DNA of 64,000 nucleotides from positions 30,938,001 through 31,002,000 of the forward strand of contig CM120642.1 of NCBI GenBank assembly GCA_051362555.1, read 5' to 3'. Within the stretch, counting starts at the first letter, position 1, and the number at the start of each line of letters is the position of its first letter. This document shows, piece by piece, positions 26,196 to 39,000 of this stretch. The DNA comes from Lingula anatina. Lineage: Eukaryota > Animalia > Brachiopoda. The notes under the pieces are model-generated. The model saw only the letters and a program-made list of their open reading frames with translations, was not told the DNA's origin and did not search any database. The translations under genes were made by a program, and so were the position numbers.

Positions 26196-28527
26196 ATGGC
26201 CAGACAGCGACTTCACGCAGTCCGTGACCATACCAAGGACGCGTTCCGAGACCTCAAGTCGCTTTTTAGGCATTCAGCGTCCAAAAAGGAGGCAGACGAC
26301 GCGGTGACTGCGTTAAGGAACAGCCTTGACGAATGGAGGAACGAAAGAATCGATATCGCCATATATGGGTACAACAAAGATCACCTCAAGTTATTGATAA
26401 CACTTCTTCTCAACGCAGACGAAATATTCAAGCAACTAAAAAAGATAAAGACCAGAGGTATGTCACCTATCAAAACTTTGTCCCGTCAATCACCAGAAAA
26501 AAAGACGGTGACTGAAACAACAGAGACTGTGGTACCAAAAGAAGCGGATAAAGATCAGTTTTGTGTCTCCTCGCATCAATTTCCTGAAAACTCAAAAGCA
26601 ACACTTTGGGAGGTTTACGTGCCAGAGACTGTGACTAAAACAGAACGTGCATTACGCCTTGAAACATTCTGCTTGTCACACCCGATCCAATTGGCTGTCT
26701 TCCTACTGGATGATATTTCTATCACGGCTGATGATTGGTCTACCTCCATTACGGATTCCCTAGCAGAAAACATAAAGGTGCTTTATGTCAAAGTCGTAGG
26801 CGAAAATAGGGTTGAAGGAAATGAGGTGTGCCAGGAAAATCCCGACAGTCCTCACAGCTTAGAGTCTGGTATAATGAGTCAGTCCGGCGAAGAGAGCTCA
26901 ACTGCGACTAACAAAGCTTCGAACGAAACGGATGATGCCAAGGAGCATGAGGAACCTAATTCCAATCATGAGCCTGGGGACGTCACTCCGACTGATTGCT
27001 GGCTTGGCAAAGAACAGCATATTTTTCCTGTGACAGAATTTAATACTGAAGCCGCAGACAATTCGTCGTTACCTCAACCAGGTAAGGGAGATGACACAAT
27101 TCAGTGTCACCACAGTGACGAGATATGTTCTGGAAGTCACAGAGATATTTCTGAGATTTCTCCGGACCACCCAAATTCACCTGTAACCGAGTTAGGCGCG
27201 GTGAAAGACCAAGATGCAGCTGCTAATCATACTGGAACCATATCCTACGGGAGCCAATCAGTCGAAGAACCAGCGTCTACTAATCTGTCTGATGGACATC
27301 CATTGCCAGCATCCAGTCAGGATCCAAATAACGAGCAAGGTTTTTCGAGTTTATCAGACAAAGATGCAACTAAAATAGAACCATCGTCATCCTGTGAGCT
27401 GGCTTTATGCAAACCAGTTTTAAAACCTGACACTGATAACAAAAATGAACTGCCATCACTACACCATGATACTTGTGATGGCGAATACGACGATTGTCTG
27501 GTTGTTGAAAACCAATTGTTAATTTCAGAAGACGTTACAAATGTTGACACTGAAAGACCATCGCCGATGCAGTTCTCCTCTGCTGACGAAACAGGTTCGC
27601 TGTCAAATGATGACATGACCAGAATAAATCGAGATTCAACGTTGGACCAAAAACCATCTAACAAAGAACCCCAGGATCTTGAAAAAACAACAAGCCTTCA
27701 AAGTGAAAACATAACTGAGTCTTCTCCTTCGTCCATTATATCAATAGGTGAAGAACCAAGCAACGATTCCAATCCATTTGAAAAAGAAAGTGAAAGAGCA
27801 ACTGGCAGTGACGAAGATTCTGCAACCACTGATGAGTTTGAGCATACAAGTAGTATCACAGATGATGTGAAGCGTGATGCTGGGAATGGTGGGAACGATG
27901 GTGATTGTGAGAGGTCTGCAAAGTGTGGGAACGTGGAACCGATTAGTGACCTACGCCATGACACTGGAGCCAAACACGTTTGTGACGATACGAAGGAAAG
28001 CACACCACCTGATACAGTTACCCCTAAAATGATCATCTTCGATGTTGATGAAGCTCTTGCCAAAGGTGGGCGAATTGAAAAGGCACTGAGAATTCAACAT
28101 GTAGATGCGTTCTTCGTGGGCATCGGGAAAAAATTGAAGGGACATTTTAAGGGAGGTAAAGCAAAAGTGAAGAGAGTAGCAAACAGAATCCCCATTGGAT
28201 TGAAATCAACCAAGAGGAAGTTTATTGAAGAGGTCGACGATGTTGAAATACGTAACCTGTCCGCTGCAACGTTCTACACTAAGTCGCTTCAAGAAGTACT
28301 GTTTGGAATAGTCACAAAATTGGAGAAGAAGAAAAGTGAGGCATTCGTGTACACTATCCACGGGTCTTACTACGAAGACATATTGGAATCAAAGGCTGAC
28401 TGGATGTTAAAGAGGTCTAAGAATATCGCTGCGCTGTCGGCGGTGGGTGGGGCGGTGCCTGTTCCCGGAGTGTCGGCAGTTTTGGATGTGACCCTTTTGT
28501 TGAAAGAGTTGATTTTCTTCAGGTGTG

Positions 28528-28565
<38 letters not shown>

Positions 28566-29179
28566 TAATTAATCAATTTATTTATTTATTTATTTATTTT
28601 TATTTTTATTTTTTTATTCTTTGTTTATAGCCAGTGAAAAAAATTAAAATGGTTTTTACAAATAAATCAATAAGTTTTCATGTCTCAATAATAACAAGTG
28701 CAATAAATATAAAAAAACGAATATAATCAAAGCAGAAATTGCCTAAAGTTTTGCTCTTTTTTTTCTCTTCCATCAGAAAACAGTTTGGACTTGACGAGGT
28801 AGCCCTAAAGCGTCTGCGGAGAAGCTCAGGTGTAAACCCGGAAGCTCTAGAAGAAATACTGAAAGACTGCGCATGCCTTGCCCTGGACAAAAAGACACTG
28901 TTAGAGCTCGGTAAACGTTTTGCTGTTCAAACAGCCGTGGAAGAGATTTCTCGATTGATTCCCGTCGTCGGTAGCATTGTAGCTGGTGGAATTTCATTCT
29001 ACACGTCGCTTAAAATACTCGAGTTATTGATTAATGATATGAAGGAAGCTTCATTTAAAGTCGGTGCATTGCTCGAGTGTCTTTCAGGCAATTTAGGAAC
29101 TTACACGAAGGAATTTGAAATGAAACAAGACGTGAGTGAAAAGTTTGATATTTTAGGTTTAAATAAAAGTTCTAAATAG
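26196..29179 (+). CDS. IRG/IIGP (interferon-inducible GTPase 5-like) family protein with degenerate G motifs and a large acidic insert (~909 aa); exons 26196-28522 and 28777-29179
   Basis: N-terminal LDEWRNERIDIAIYG and FPENSKATLWE align by eye to IRG G1 and G3 contexts. The C-terminal AALSAVGGAVPVPGVSAVLDVTLLLKELIFFR|KQFGLDE and IPVVGSIVAGGISF are typical of the IRG helical domain. The phase-2 GT-AG intron joins in frame. An upstream acceptor lies at 26179 and a candidate 5'UTR donor at ~24904. Confidence 0.8.
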
Positions 29180-29202
29180 TCAGGTTAAAAACCGATCTAC
29201 TT

Positions 29203-29396
29203 AGGCCCGTAGCCAGGGAATGGTGTGTGTGTTTGTGTTTGTGTGTGTGTGTGTGTGGGTGGGTGGGGGGGGGGGGGTCGTAATTCTAACGAACGGCGCC
29301 CAGAAAAGGCCTGCTTGATGTAAATTTGATTTACACGAGGGTAATAGGTCTAATTTTTTAAAACAGCCCTAATTTGAAATTGCTATCTACGGGCCC
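29203..29396. mobile_element. MITE of the AGGCCCGTAG family with internal (GT)n/G tract, just 3' of the IRG-like stop
   Basis: Ends ggcccgtag ... ctacgggcc are inverted repeats. Confidence 0.65.
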
Positions 29397-30983
29397 GCCA
29401 GTGAAAATGAATCACGACAAATATGAGTAGTTTTTCCACCATGACAATAATATTGAAATTTTGGTTGGAGGAAAATATATCTTATTTAACGTTCCGGCAT
29501 TGTTAACTGTATTACTGATCTTAGGTCGGGAAACGAGGGTCAGTAACCCAATAGGTTTATTTTTTGTCTAGTGTTACAGAGATTAATAAAAAATTCCACT
29601 CTTTCATAATCCAAAAGCGTTTATTTAACATTTGAAAGATTCCCATCTACATCATCTGAACACTTCTACCGAAGAGTACATGCATGTAGTGAACATTAAT
29701 AACCACAGTTCATATCAATAAAGCACAATATATAGCTTCACATATATTATTTCTAATCCTTGAATGATAGGTTTCAAATATGTCAGTCAAAATATTGCAT
29801 TTTTGCCTTCGTTTCTTGGCATTTTAAAGTCCATTTTAAGCAATTTGGTCGTACAATGACGTCAGACAGACAATCGCTGGTCTACGTTATTCCGTTTTTG
29901 AATACGATCCAAGTAAATATTAATGCCACTCGTACATACGTGTACTGTAACTGTAAGCAGCTAACGGTATATGTGTATGTATATATTATATACCTTTTGA
30001 TTTTTTATCAAATTTCCTTCAGCATGCAAAAAACTTTAAAATCCTTATATTAGTTACAATTAAATCCTTACATTAGTTATAGTTTAAGTTCTGAAAGTAA
30101 TAAAGTACGATCACGGCGAACGTAAGCAATAATATTATGAGACCTATATAACGGAGGGAGAAAACGTTAATGACCATATGCAATGTCGGAAGAAACTAAA
30201 ATAATTTCCAAAACGACTATTTAGATATTTTTCAGAAGTTTAGCCCAGGATAGCATTAAATAATATTACATATTAGCATAATGAAATAAACACTAAGTAA
30301 AAGTTCTACTTCACTGTCTATCAAAACACTGTCACTGTGCATTACAAGTGCTAATATTATCTTTAGGTGTAACTGTATAGCATGCACATGTCAGGATTTT
30401 AAAAGTGTATGAATAAAATCCTCAGAATGTTGACTGTGATAAAACTAATACATGAACTGATGCCGTCTACATGGGTTCTTACGAACTATTAATAATAGAA
30501 GTAACTCCATTTACGATTAAACTTCCCTTAAGCAAATGTACATCACATTACCCAATAACTCAATTGGTTGACCAATCGAACCAAGGATCCAAACATTTAT
30601 TCATAAAAGGCTGTAATATTTTTAAATATTACAGTACGGGGCATAAATACAGTGTACAAGCCTAAAACACAGACAAACACACACACACACAAAATCATTC
30701 AACTGCAAGACGGAAATATATGCTTTGCTACAAAAATTACGAAATTCCATATACACTATAAAGTCAATTCTATCTTATTTTTTAAAAAATCAAAAAGATC
30801 CAAGATCAGTGCACCCGCGAAACGAAGTATGATGCAAATCTAAAACTAGTAACAAAAATAAAAATACAGCCGCCAACGATGCATACATTCGTGCAATTAA
30901 ACAGCACAAAATTATGCATCGTTTAACTAAGTATATAATACAGTGTATATACATGTTCACAAGCTCATTACTACATGTAACTA

Positions 30984-31940
30984 CAGGGGGTACAGGAGAA
31001 AAAAATGGTGGTTGCAAGAAGTGGTCGCCCCAAGAGGTCTAGCGTCAAAGCCCACAAGCATCTTTTTATGCTGTCCGGGCTTAGAAGATTTGAACCATGC
31101 ATCGAATCGGCTTTGTAGTTGTCGTGCAATTTGCATTTTGAGGTTAGCAAAAGCAATGTACAAAGAAGGCTCCATGCTACAGGAATTCGAACTAATTCTT
31201 TCAAGATGAAACCACTTATCACCTTGGTAAACACACGAAAAACAGGTGACATGGGCTGCAAGAACCATTACTTGGATCGTATGAGACCATACTCACCATT
31301 AACAACGCAAGTGGACAAACGGTATGGGGAACATCATCCACACCTTCTCGCGTGAAAATATGGATTGTCTCGTTAGGAAGTCCACATCAGTAATGGTTCG
31401 GGGTGCATTGGTTACTAAAGTTTGATGCATGGAAACCTAAACCACGAGCGTCACATTGAAATTCTACCGTCGCTGCAGAAAACATCTTTGGAGACAGAAA
31501 CCATCCGTTCATTTTCCAGGATGATAACGTCACATCTCACAGAACCAGGGCTGTTTAAGAATAATTTTACCAGCACTGCATCAACAGGGTGGATTGGCCT
31601 CATTGAAAACCCGTGGAGTTAGATTGGATATCATATGACAAAGGGTCTCCCCTTTTCAAGTACGGTCTAACCCAAAGTATCTTCAGAGCCTGGGCCAACA
31701 TAGCCCCCAGAAGATTACTGAACCGTTATCAGTCTATTCCCAGAAGGACTGTATTGAGACCACGTGACCTTTCTACAAAATATTACATTGACAAGATGAC
31801 CTGCTCACCTTCCTAAAAAGGTTCATTAGTCTGGTAGATATACATGGATTGTTGAATTAATAATTCCACAGACAGTTATCTAATTACTTTCATACCGTCT
31901 AATTAAACAAAATGCAATACCTTTGTCACCCCCCTCTCTG
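30984..31940 (+). mobile_element. Degenerate Tc1/mariner transposon remnant
   Basis: Frameshifted peptides: VQRRLHATGIR...KPLITLVN (Tc1 HTH region), HGNLNHERHIEIL, FIFQDDN, IENPW (DDE region). Candidate ends are TA-cagggg ... ccccctctctg-TA. Confidence 0.75.
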
Positions 31941-32240
31941 TAAAATACTTTTAGAGAAAGTATAAAGACTAAACTCGGCACTAAGATTCAAATGTGGGCA
32001 ATAATGAAACTAGCAGTATACAACTGGTGTCCACATTATTATCTGGCACTGTAACGTATTCATCGTGTGCAGTTTTAATTGCTGATGAGTAACTTCGCTT
32101 TTAAAACCAAACCTGTCTGTGCACGCAAATATCTAGCATTGTTTGTATAAATACAGTATGTTGCGCAGCTGGATGCACAGTTTAATAAATTGAATACGTA
32201 CTTTTTTAGAAACGAATGTAATTAAAATCTAACTTTCTTA

Positions 32241-32981
32241 TCAAATCTGATTGCTTTGGTAGCGACGCTTCCACTCCAGAATCCATTCTCTAACATCATC
32301 CGCTGATTTTACATCTGTTATTCCCTGGTCTTTCAACTCCTTCTGCCTTTTTTCCAGCAGTTCTATAGGAATGACTTGGTCATCTCCGACGTCTGTCAGT
32401 TTGGGAAGCATGTCCTGAATACTTCCCCCGTTTTTCATTCCAGGATCGTCTGCTACGGAAGAGCATTTGCTGAAGCAGAGAAGGAATGGCCCATTCAATG
32501 ATTTGACATGTTCCAGTTCGTGGATAAAAACTTGGTCGGCGGTACCACTAAACTGGTAAACCCATATGAACAGATCGGCTGCTTTTCCAAAATCATCGGT
32601 GAGAGCGGCAATTGGCTTGATGGTAGACGTTGAACCAGGCATATCTACCAACTAAAAGAAATCATAATACATGAAAAACTATACCACCAGCTGGAGTAAG
32701 CGGATTCGTATGTAAAAGAAAAAAAGGACACCACCTCTAGTGTTGTGCTTGACAAGATCTAAAATGCAGTCTAGAGTTCTAAATATTTTTTATTGAAAAT
32801 TACAATTTAAAACAAAACCATGGAGAAGAGGAAAAGTTTAAATCCAAATTTGTGAAGTGCGATTCATGGCAAAAAGAAGGTCAATGGTCAATTTTAAGGT
32901 CACAGTTACATTGCTAGTATATATCTTCCTATTCAAGTTCAATAGTAACTATAACATATTTCTGCCAGTTTTGGAGATATA

Positions 32982-33028
<47 letters not shown>

Positions 33029-36000
33029 TTACATTCTATCTCAAGGCGCCTTACAATAATGGCTAATATACTAAAATCATTAAAATGACTACAATATTTT
33101 AATCATAAACTCTCATTGGAAACCATTTAAAATTTACACTACTAAAAATCAATCTTATTAAAAAAACATATATGCATTAAAATAAAATCTAAGAGATATA
33201 GACAGAATTAAAAATGTGGGTCTTTAAAAGAGATTTAAAATTGTCAAAGTCTTCTGTTTTTCTAATAAAATTTGGTAGACCATTCCACACTTTTGGGGCG
33301 TAGATTATAAAAGCACGATCTCCATAACTTTTTAGGCACCCCTTCTCTAAAACAGAATGTTCTAAAATAAAATCATTCTCAGTATTAAAACGTGTGGACC
33401 GCCGTGGTAAGTTAAAACAGATAAGATCAGATAAATATAATGGTCCTTGTGAATGGATAGCCTTAAAAATAATACAAAGTACTTTAAAATCAATCCTCTG
33501 CTTCACAGGCAGCCAGTGTAATTCTTTCAGAATGGGAGTGATATGGTGTGTACTATTGTACTTAATTTGACAAACCAGTCTTGCAGCCGAGTTTTGAATA
33601 ACTTGTAACTTTTTAATCTGATTGTCACAAATACCAAGAGGAGACTATTGCAGTAATCTAATCTTGATGATATAAATGCATGTACTAATTTTTCAGTGGT
33701 TTTGTTATCTAACACTTTCCTTATTTTTCCAATGCGCCATAGTGTTTAAGATGCTGATTTACACACTTCAGATACACGCTTGCCCATAGTGCCATTTTCA
33801 TCGAGGGTAACTCCAAGATCTTTTACAGAACAAGAAGGTTTTATAAGAACATCTCCTATGCAAATGTTGGCATCTGCTACATTTTTTCTATTTGCCTTGA
33901 ACCTTGATGTAAACCATATCAACTCAGTCTTACTATCATTTAAAGCCAACATGTTCACTTTCATCCATTCTCGAATCTCTGCAAGACAAGTCTCCATAGA
34001 AGTGATTGTTGCAGACTGGCTGCTCTTGCATGTAATATATACTTGTGTGTCATCTGCAAAAATAACAGTGTTCAGACCATGCTTTAGTATGATATCTTCT
34101 ACAGGTAACATGTATAATGAGAATAGGATCGGACCTAACACAGACCCTTGTGGGACACCATACTCCAAGTTAACTGGCTGAGATAAAACCGACTCTATTG
34201 AAACCCTTTGTGTTCTGTTTTTCAGGTAAGAGGTAAACCAACTAAGTGCAAGTCCATTCACTCTAAAACGATGCTGCAACCTGTGAAGAAGAATATTATG
34301 ATCTATGGTATCGAAAGATATAACAGATGTAAAGTTTGTTAAGTTCAGTTCGTGGTGAAAAGTAGGTCAAAGGTCAATTTGAACAGGAACATTGCCAGTA
34401 TATGACTTCCTATTTAAGTTCGATAGTAACTATGGGCATATCTCTGTCAGTTTTGGATATATAAGAGATAGGAAGTTGCAAAGTTCAATTCGAAAGTGGA
34501 TAAAAGGCCAATTTCTAGGTTACAGTTAGATTGTCAGTATATGACTTCCTATTTCAAGTTCAATAGTGACTATGGGCCCATCTCTTTCAGTTTTGGAGAT
34601 ATAGGGGACAGAAACCTTGCAAAGCTCAGTTCATGGTGAAAAGTACATGTAGGTCTAAGGTCAATTTTAAGGTAACAGTTAAATTATCAGTATATGACTT
34701 CAAGTTCAATAGTAACTATGGGCCTATTTCTGCCAGTTTTGGAGATAGAAGGGACGGAAACCTTGCAAAGTTCAGTTCGTGGTGAAAAGTAGGTCAAAGG
34801 TCAATTTTAACAGGAACATTGCCAGTATATGACTTCCTATTCAAGTTCGATAGAAACTATGGGCGTATTTCTGTCAGTTTTGGATATATAAGAGATAGGA
34901 AGTTGCAAAGTTCAATTCAAAAGTAGGTAAAAGGCCAATTTCTAGGCTACAGTTAGATTGTCAGTATATGACTTCCTATTTCAAGTTCAATAGTGACTAT
35001 GGGAACATCTCTTTAAGGTTTGGAGATATAAGGGACAGAAACCTTGCAAAGCTCAGTTCATGATGAAAAAAGGTCAAACGTCAATATCAAGGTCACAGTT
35101 AGATTGCCAGTATATGACTTCCTATTCAAGTTCAATAGCAACTATGGGCATATCTCTGCTAGTTTTGGAGATATAACAGAAAGAAAGGTTGCAAAGTTCA
35201 GCTCATGATGAAAAGTTGGTCAAAGGTCAATTTTAAAGTCACAGTTAGATTACCAGTATATGACTTCCTATTCAATAGTAACTATGGGGGTTTCTCTGCA
35301 AGTTTTGGAGATATGAGGGAAGGAAACCTTGCAAAGTTCAGTCCATGGTGAAAAGTAGGTCTAAGGTCAATTTTAAGGTAACAGTTAAATTGTCAGTATA
35401 TGACTTCCTATTCAAGTTCAATAGTAACTATGGGCCTATTTCTGCTAGTTTTGGAGAGAGAGGGGACGGACACCAAGTTCAGTTGATGGTGAAAAGAAGG
35501 ACAAAGGTCAATCAACACAGATTTCCAGCATATGACTTCCTGTTCAACTTCAATAAGAACTATGGTCCTATCTCTGCCAGCTTTGGAGATATAAGAGACT
35601 TAAATGTTGCAAAGTTCAGTTCATGGTGAAAAGTAGGTCAAAGGTCAATTCAAGGTCACAGTTAAATTGCGAGTATATGACTTCCTATTCAACTTCAATA
35701 GTAACTAGGGAAATATCCCTGCCAGTTTTGGAGATATAAGAGACTAAATATTTGGAGTTACAGTAATGTGCCATAAATTTCCTACAGAAGGAATTTATTG
35801 AAATAAAGAAAATGTCATTTTTGTTGAAATTCTTGAAGTGGGAGGTGCTCAGAAGTTCCATATGTTCAAACTTCATGAAATAAATGAAACTTCATGGAAT
35901 GTCATTTTTGACCAGAAGTTGCCAAGCCTTATGTTATCTTTTCCAGACATTCAAAATTTCATGCATATTACCGTATTGCACATTTTACTTTCCCCACCAC

Positions 36001-39000
36001 AACGTACTTTTCGATACAGCATAATTCGTAAACCGTATGGAAAAAAAGAGACCACCTCCAGTGTTGGGCTTGACATGCTCTATCAAATGCCAAAAAACAA
36101 GAGGTCTCTAGCATTAACGGTTCCAGAATTAGAGTTTAGTTTTCTGTTTCGGCATCTAATGGCCGCTGCTCCTGTGAAAATGCACCGATTGACCCCAAAC
36201 TCACAGAGATGAAGATGACCTGAAGGGTAACACCTGCTAATAATATTATAGGTTAGGTCTGTGTAGTTTCTGAATATCAGCGGAGATTTTTTTTCATAAA
36301 AAATTCCTTTTTTTTTTTTTTTGAAAATTTGAAAAGGTCAAATCCAACAACATATTTGAAATCTCCACATATGACATTCGGTCAGCCGTCTATAGAAATA
36401 TTTCCCATAATTCCTTCGGTATGGCAGATAATTAGCATTTAATTTTGCCAATTTTTAACATGGGTGCATTGCAATGAGCGCCACACCTAGACCCAAGCAC
36501 CGACAAAGCTCACATTTTACGTGGATCGAGTTGAGATTATACGTGACCTATATCCAAGAGATGGGTATGCAGGCCCTTGTAGTCTAGGAGGAGAAGCAGT
36601 AACTGGTGACTTGGCGGCGGAGCCGGCGAAACGGACCGAATGGGACTAAAACCATGTGTACCGCCAGCGCCTACGCTGGTGGTATAATAAACCACTTTTC
36701 TTACACATCTCATTACATAATAAGGCTTTCCATCTAGAGATAAGGTAAAACAGCATACACGTTTAATCAACACGACTCCAGTAAAGAGAAAAAAATCATA
36801 AAGTTTGAGACTAACCTTAATCTCTTCTTGGTCCAAAGTGCACCTGTATAAAATTGGTTCTTCAGTATGCCTACACATGCCTATCTTTGCAGATGGGGTT
36901 GTGGTTCCTGCCAGCTGATGGACGAGAGTCGTCTTGCCGTGATTCTGTTGACCGATCACTAGGATAATTATTTCCTTCAAATATATTTCTCTTACTCGGC
37001 GGATTATGCAAATGGCATGAAGGCGCTTAGACAACTCGCTACGTGTATCGTCGGTAATCTCTTTTACAGCAAGTTTCTTTATTTTTGCTTCGTCGATAGA
37101 CAACATCTCTTCATCAATACATTCTTTAGATATTGCTTCTTCTTGAATTGTTTTCTCAAGTTTACAGTTGCAATCTTGAGAAGTGATTGTTGAGTTCATG
37201 TTCAACAAGAGGGTCATGATGGAAGTCAGTACCGAGCGGTATCGATGCTCCACTTTTGTTTTTCCCGTGGTCAGATAAATATATGCCAACCCATATCCCA
37301 ACGCACTAGGAACGATAAGGGGGGGGGCAACCACTGAAAGAAGGATGAGCTAAATGATAACACTTCTCTATATCTTACAGCAGTGACAAGGTGCTATGCA
37401 TAGTAAGTATATTGACCACAAATATGTAAGGGGATAGGTATGTTAATATGACCAAATTTGACAAAAATAGCTCATTTCCCATTTGTTATATCGAAAACTT
37501 GTCTAGCTACAAGTATAAAACTAACCACATTCAGAGCAAAAATGCCTCTTTTCGTTGTTGTTTTTTTCACTGCTCTGGCCCTTCCGTTACTTCTGTTTTT
37601 ATGCTGTGCACCCATTTATTGTCAATTTAACAGCTTTGAATATTGATTTAAGATTGTATCTAATGCCCGGCTCCCATATCTAGATCGTTCTAACAGGATT
37701 GATCCAACTCCAAGGGGTTTCTCACCAAATTGCTTTCAGCTTAAACGACATAGGTGTCTGGCACACCTACTGAAGCTGCTACAAATAATTACTCACCAAC
37801 AGGTTTAGCAGGCATGAAGCTAAGAAAATACACCACAATATACCTATCCCCTTATCATGCTTTCTTTCTCGTTATGTCGAAATGGAATTCACATTCAATT
37901 AAGAAACTGAAATTGTGTCTAAGTAATGAGCTACATAAACAAAGTGTATAGATCAAAGTCCATATATTTTCTAACCCAATGTCAGCAAATGTGTACATTA
38001 CACTTCACCCGTTTATTGTCAATTTCATGAAATTTAGAAATATCATGTACCTGCTCCCACGGTTCCAACCACTGCCATAAGAAAACAGAGAACGCCATTA
38101 TTTATCTCTTTGTTTGTCCTGTTGCATCTAATTTTGATGTTTTCAATTTTTTCCCGAATTTCTAGAAGAAGCTTCGTTTCATCGATTTGCCGTACTTCAC
38201 GTGCGATCTCACTGTTTGGTTGCCTTACGGTTTCTACAGAAAAGAGTAGGTATTTAACGAGTGATATTATTACATGGGCTAACAACATCGTTTATCTAAA
38301 TAATATATTATATAGTATAGGTACCTATATGTAACACGTGCGTAACAGTACCTGGAAAACATCAGCTAATCCAGCAATCGCATCTGGAAGCATACTTAGT
38401 ACGATTGTAGTTATTCTTCATGTATATATCTGTCAAACTTACCTTTGAGCAGGCGATCAGGTTTTTTGGTTGTAACCTCTGTAAAAAGTAAATAAATGTT
38501 ACCCTTAACACAATCCCAGCACACACATAACGTTTGTGTAACGTTACCACATATTTAATAATAATTATAATAATAATTTATTAAGCCAATAAAATACAAA
38601 TGTATAAAATCGGGAATCTTTTGCCCTGTAGTAGCGCCATTGAAATATAAAGAATGAAAATTAAAATTACATGTTAGAGTTAAAAATAGTTACTGCCGAA
38701 GGATAAAAGCTATTTAAAAATCGCTTACTACCCTTAAAAGCAAAGAGTCTCGAATTGCTAGGTAAAAATTTAAAAAGGGTATGGGCTGGATGGGAACTGT
38801 CTGTCATTATTGATAATGTTTTCTTTTTAGTCCTGTCTAGATATATAGTATGGACGGGAGTTAGATCTGTTCCAATTACAATCCCTGCAATTTCAATAGG
38901 GTTATGATCTCAGAATTGACTGACGGTGTTTTGGAGGGCAAACAGCGGACTTATACCACGGCTGTCCATTGGCTACTTCGCTATCATTGACTTAAACCAC

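Noticed and set aside
34324-35745. Regularly spaced repeats resembling a CRISPR array
   Set aside because: Whole ~140-bp units are homologous with no unique spacers, there are no cas genes, and the context is a eukaryotic intron
36660-36684. GC hairpin accgccagcg-ccta-cgctggtggt as a terminator or ncRNA
   Set aside because: Eukaryotic intron; more likely the end of a repeat element, with no other RNA-gene evidence
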